NCBI GenBank assembly: GCA_002104905.1
Contig: MCFE01000193.1
Coordinates: 1 to 64,000, forward strand
Direction: 5' to 3'
Source of the DNA: Basidiobolus meristosporus CBS 931.73
Lineage: Eukaryota; Fungi; Basidiobolomycota
Length of the DNA stretch: 64,000 nucleotides
Both the position numbers and the translations under genes were made by a program. The stretch's first letter is position 1. The number at the start of each line of letters is the position of its first letter. The notes beneath the pieces are model-generated. The model was not told the DNA's origin and made no database searches. It was given only the letters and a program-made list of their open reading frames with translations. Shown here piece by piece: positions 62,501 through 64,000 of this stretch.

Positions 62501-64000
62501 CTAGCTTGTTTGCCATATCAACATCCCTTACAAACATTCAATTTGATTGGAATTGAGTATTTTAAGCCCAAAACAAGCTGATTTTTCACCAATTGGCTCA
62601 TTTTCTGTTCCCCTATGTGTCCTAGCCTCCTATGCCACGTCTCCAGTTGGTTTCATAAGTTTCAGCAATGTTGACATACTCAGGTACAATGATCTTGCAT
62701 TGTAACTTGTATATATTGTGATCTCTGATTCCCAAAGCTAATTTTTGTCCATTTTCACTCAATATTGAGCAGCTCAGCTTAGTAAAAACAAATTTCAGTC
62801 CCTGAGTAGTTGCTTTACAGACTGAGAGTAGGTTCTTAGCTATTCCAGGTACATAGAGTACGTCAGTCAGTTTTGCTGTTGTTGCCCCTGAGTTATCACT
62901 CATATTTAGTTGTATAGACCCACTGGTGGTAGCTTCCAATGCAGTGTTATCTCCCAGATAAACCTTACTTACGGGAATAGTCCTTAAGTTGCTGAACCAA
63001 TCCTTTATACCACAAATATGCTGTGATGCTCCAGAGTCAATATACCATTCATTACTTTGGTTACTTGCACTCTCTTGTACAGTGACAAATAGCTGTTCAT
63101 CAGTAGTTATATGGTTTGCCTGCTCTAGTTTCTGTTTTTCATCTGCTTGTTTCTTCTTGCATTCTCTTGCCAAGTGTCCTGGCTTCTTACAGTAGTTACA
63201 GCAGCCAGGTTTTCTTTGGTTTTGTTGCTTTCCCTTCTTTTCTGTATGCCTTTCTGAACTGAATAAAGCATTATCTTCAATTTTCTCTGCTTGATCATTA
63301 CGTCTGAGTTCTTCATGGAGAAGTCTTCCTTTGACATAGTCTAAAGTCAAGTTGTCTTCTCTGCTTTCAAAAGAAAGTATGAGTGGCTCATACTTGTCTG
63401 GTAGGCTGCAAAGCAGACAGAGTATCTTTTCTTCATCATCTACACCAGCATTAATACTGTAAAGTTCTTCTGCAAGTGTCTCCATTCTGGTAATGAGTTG
63501 TAGCATGTCATCATCTGGCTTTTTTCTCATGTTGAAGAACTTTTGTTTCAAATAAAGCTTGCTTGATACTGACTTTGCTCTAAGGATTCCCATGCTGCTT
63601 TGGCAGTATTTGAGGCATGGATTTGTCCAATGAAGGAGTCTTGCACATTGATGCATATTGCATTAAAGGCCTTTCTCTCCTTCTCTTGAAACTTCTCCAC
63701 ATCTTCTGCTGTTCCTTTGGGCTCAACTTCCTTTCCTGTTACTATGTTCCAAAGCTTTCTTTCCTCAAGGTGGATCTGCATCTTGATTCTCCAAAGTCAG
63801 TAGTTCTTCCCATCAAACCTCTCCTTTACAGGGAAAATGTTGGTATTGCTTTGTTTGCTGGTAGAAGTCATCTTTAGAATAGATTAAGGCAATTGGGGCT
63901 CATTACCTGTTGCAATTTAAGAAGTGATTTGGATATAAGGAACTTATCAAGAAATAGTGATAATAGCTGAACTGTTGTTTATTCATAAAGAAGCTCAGTA
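59542..64000 (-). mobile_element. Copia family F, near full-length; 5-prime LTR cut by the window edge
   Basis: 3-prime LTR 59542-59910, 5-prime LTR from 63908, PBS GGTAATGAGCCC (63907-63896), PPT GAGGGGGAG. gag ATG at 63871, CCHC knuckle, WYIDSGAS, rve integrase, RT ([15 protein letters not shown]), RNase H ending at 59905; several stops and frameshifts. Confidence 0.93.
61846..61971 (-). repeat. 63-bp in-frame tandem duplication in the Copia F integrase region
   Basis: KKPDLQHLRIFGSDVFYHI(L/P)D occurs twice; TTTTTTG microhomology at the junctions. Confidence 0.95.

Noticed and set aside
1-64000. tRNA, rRNA, snoRNA or CRISPR arrays
   Set aside because: No cloverleaf, rRNA-like segment, convincing C/D box pair or repeat-spacer array was seen; tRNA-like stretches are retroelement primer-binding sites.

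Overview
Eukaryotic (fungal) genomic window with short GT-AG introns of 60-93 nt; gene content suggests an early-diverging fungus (lineage is inference). It has two sharply separated compartments. (1) 0.8-20 kb is gene-rich and retains CpG. It holds a secreted metallo-beta-lactamase-fold gene, a five-copy tandem array of Con-6-like spore-protein genes, a UapA-type purine permease, a berberine-bridge-enzyme-like FAD oxidase, a CAP protein, kinesin-14, RPS23, RPS21, eIF3j and an Rtc3/SBDS-like gene. (2) From about 22.2 kb to the end is a CpG-depleted nest of transposons. It holds a three-unit tandem Copia array, a second Copia, a full-length tRNA-Lys-primed Gypsy plus two solo LTRs of that family, a young tRNA-His-primed Gypsy, older Gypsy relics, a solo LTR with a GGGG/STRE cluster and three copies of a TA-duplicating MITE. 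Top leads: a conserved bipartite GATCGAT-N11-AGATC footprint upstream of every Con-6 copy (candidate White-Collar light element); an unexplained 380-420 aa ORF in frame behind the integrase of the young Gypsy; a 169-aa orphan ORF recoverable only by removing a 7.2-kb insertion; an apparent CCGT/CTGT 4-bp target preference of one Gypsy family; and CGA-to-TGA inactivation consistent with CpG methylation. No database searches could be run; all calls come from reading motifs and comparing repeats by eye.
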